Positions 52,000-52,050 of a DNA stretch of 52,050 nucleotides are shown one piece after another (the stretch's first letter is position 1; every line of letters begins with the position of its first letter). This stretch comes from an uncultured Bifidobacterium sp. (GTDB lineage Bacteria; Actinomycetota; Actinomycetes; Nanopelagicales; Nanopelagicaceae): the NCBI GenBank assembly GCA_964490435.1, contig CAZBCF010000001.1, forward strand, positions 49,734 to 101,783. The letters are read 5' to 3'. The notes under the pieces are model-generated. The model was given only the letters and a program-made list of their open reading frames with translations, made no database searches and was not told the DNA's origin. Made by a program: the position numbers and the translations under genes.

Positions 52000-52050
52000 C
52001 TACTCCCACTCGATAGTGCCAGGCGGCTTGCTAGTGATGTCCAAAACGAC
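52000..52050 (-). CDS. guaA: 3' end (partial) of GMP synthase
   Basis: Minus strand reads VVLDITSKPPGTIEWE*, the hallmark GuaA C-terminus; guaA lies next to pcrA in actinobacteria. Confidence 0.9.
   Translation of the reverse strand, partial: VVLDITSKPPGTIEWE

Noticed and set aside
51968-52050. Prophage or integrative element att site at guaA
   Set aside because: No integrase, and no duplicate of the guaA 3' end seen near 50335

Overview
Mostly core-genome region of an actinobacterium. Gene order follows the conserved Streptomyces/Mycobacterium blocks moeZ-tetR-DUF3107, mgtE-mrp-tatB-htrA, dapD, purE/purK-birA-pccB-maf-accA3, trpS and icd-mdh-folD-purH-purN-sucD-sucC-pcrA-guaA. Very short intergenic spaces, GC in the mid-50s (by eye) and a Cys/Lys-tailed secreted protein suggest a streamlined freshwater Nanopelagicales (acI-like) genome; this is inference. 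About 56 CDS are supportable, including two partial genes at the edges and a 51-aa carboxylase epsilon subunit missing from the ORF track. I found no tRNA, rRNA, CRISPR array or transposase. Most noteworthy: an AT-rich uncharacterised secreted protein with a C-terminal Cys/Lys module directly behind guaA; a ParA-like protein lacking both Walker A lysines; a stand-alone sigma-region-4 protein, with sigE/rseA absent from their usual place before htrA; pervasive leaderless promoters including a symmetric bidirectional -10 between birA and pccB; an msiK-type RNA leader; a perfect 14-bp palindrome at the mdh-icd promoter; and a split B12-dependent methylmalonyl-CoA mutase. All calls come from motif recognition, not database searches.
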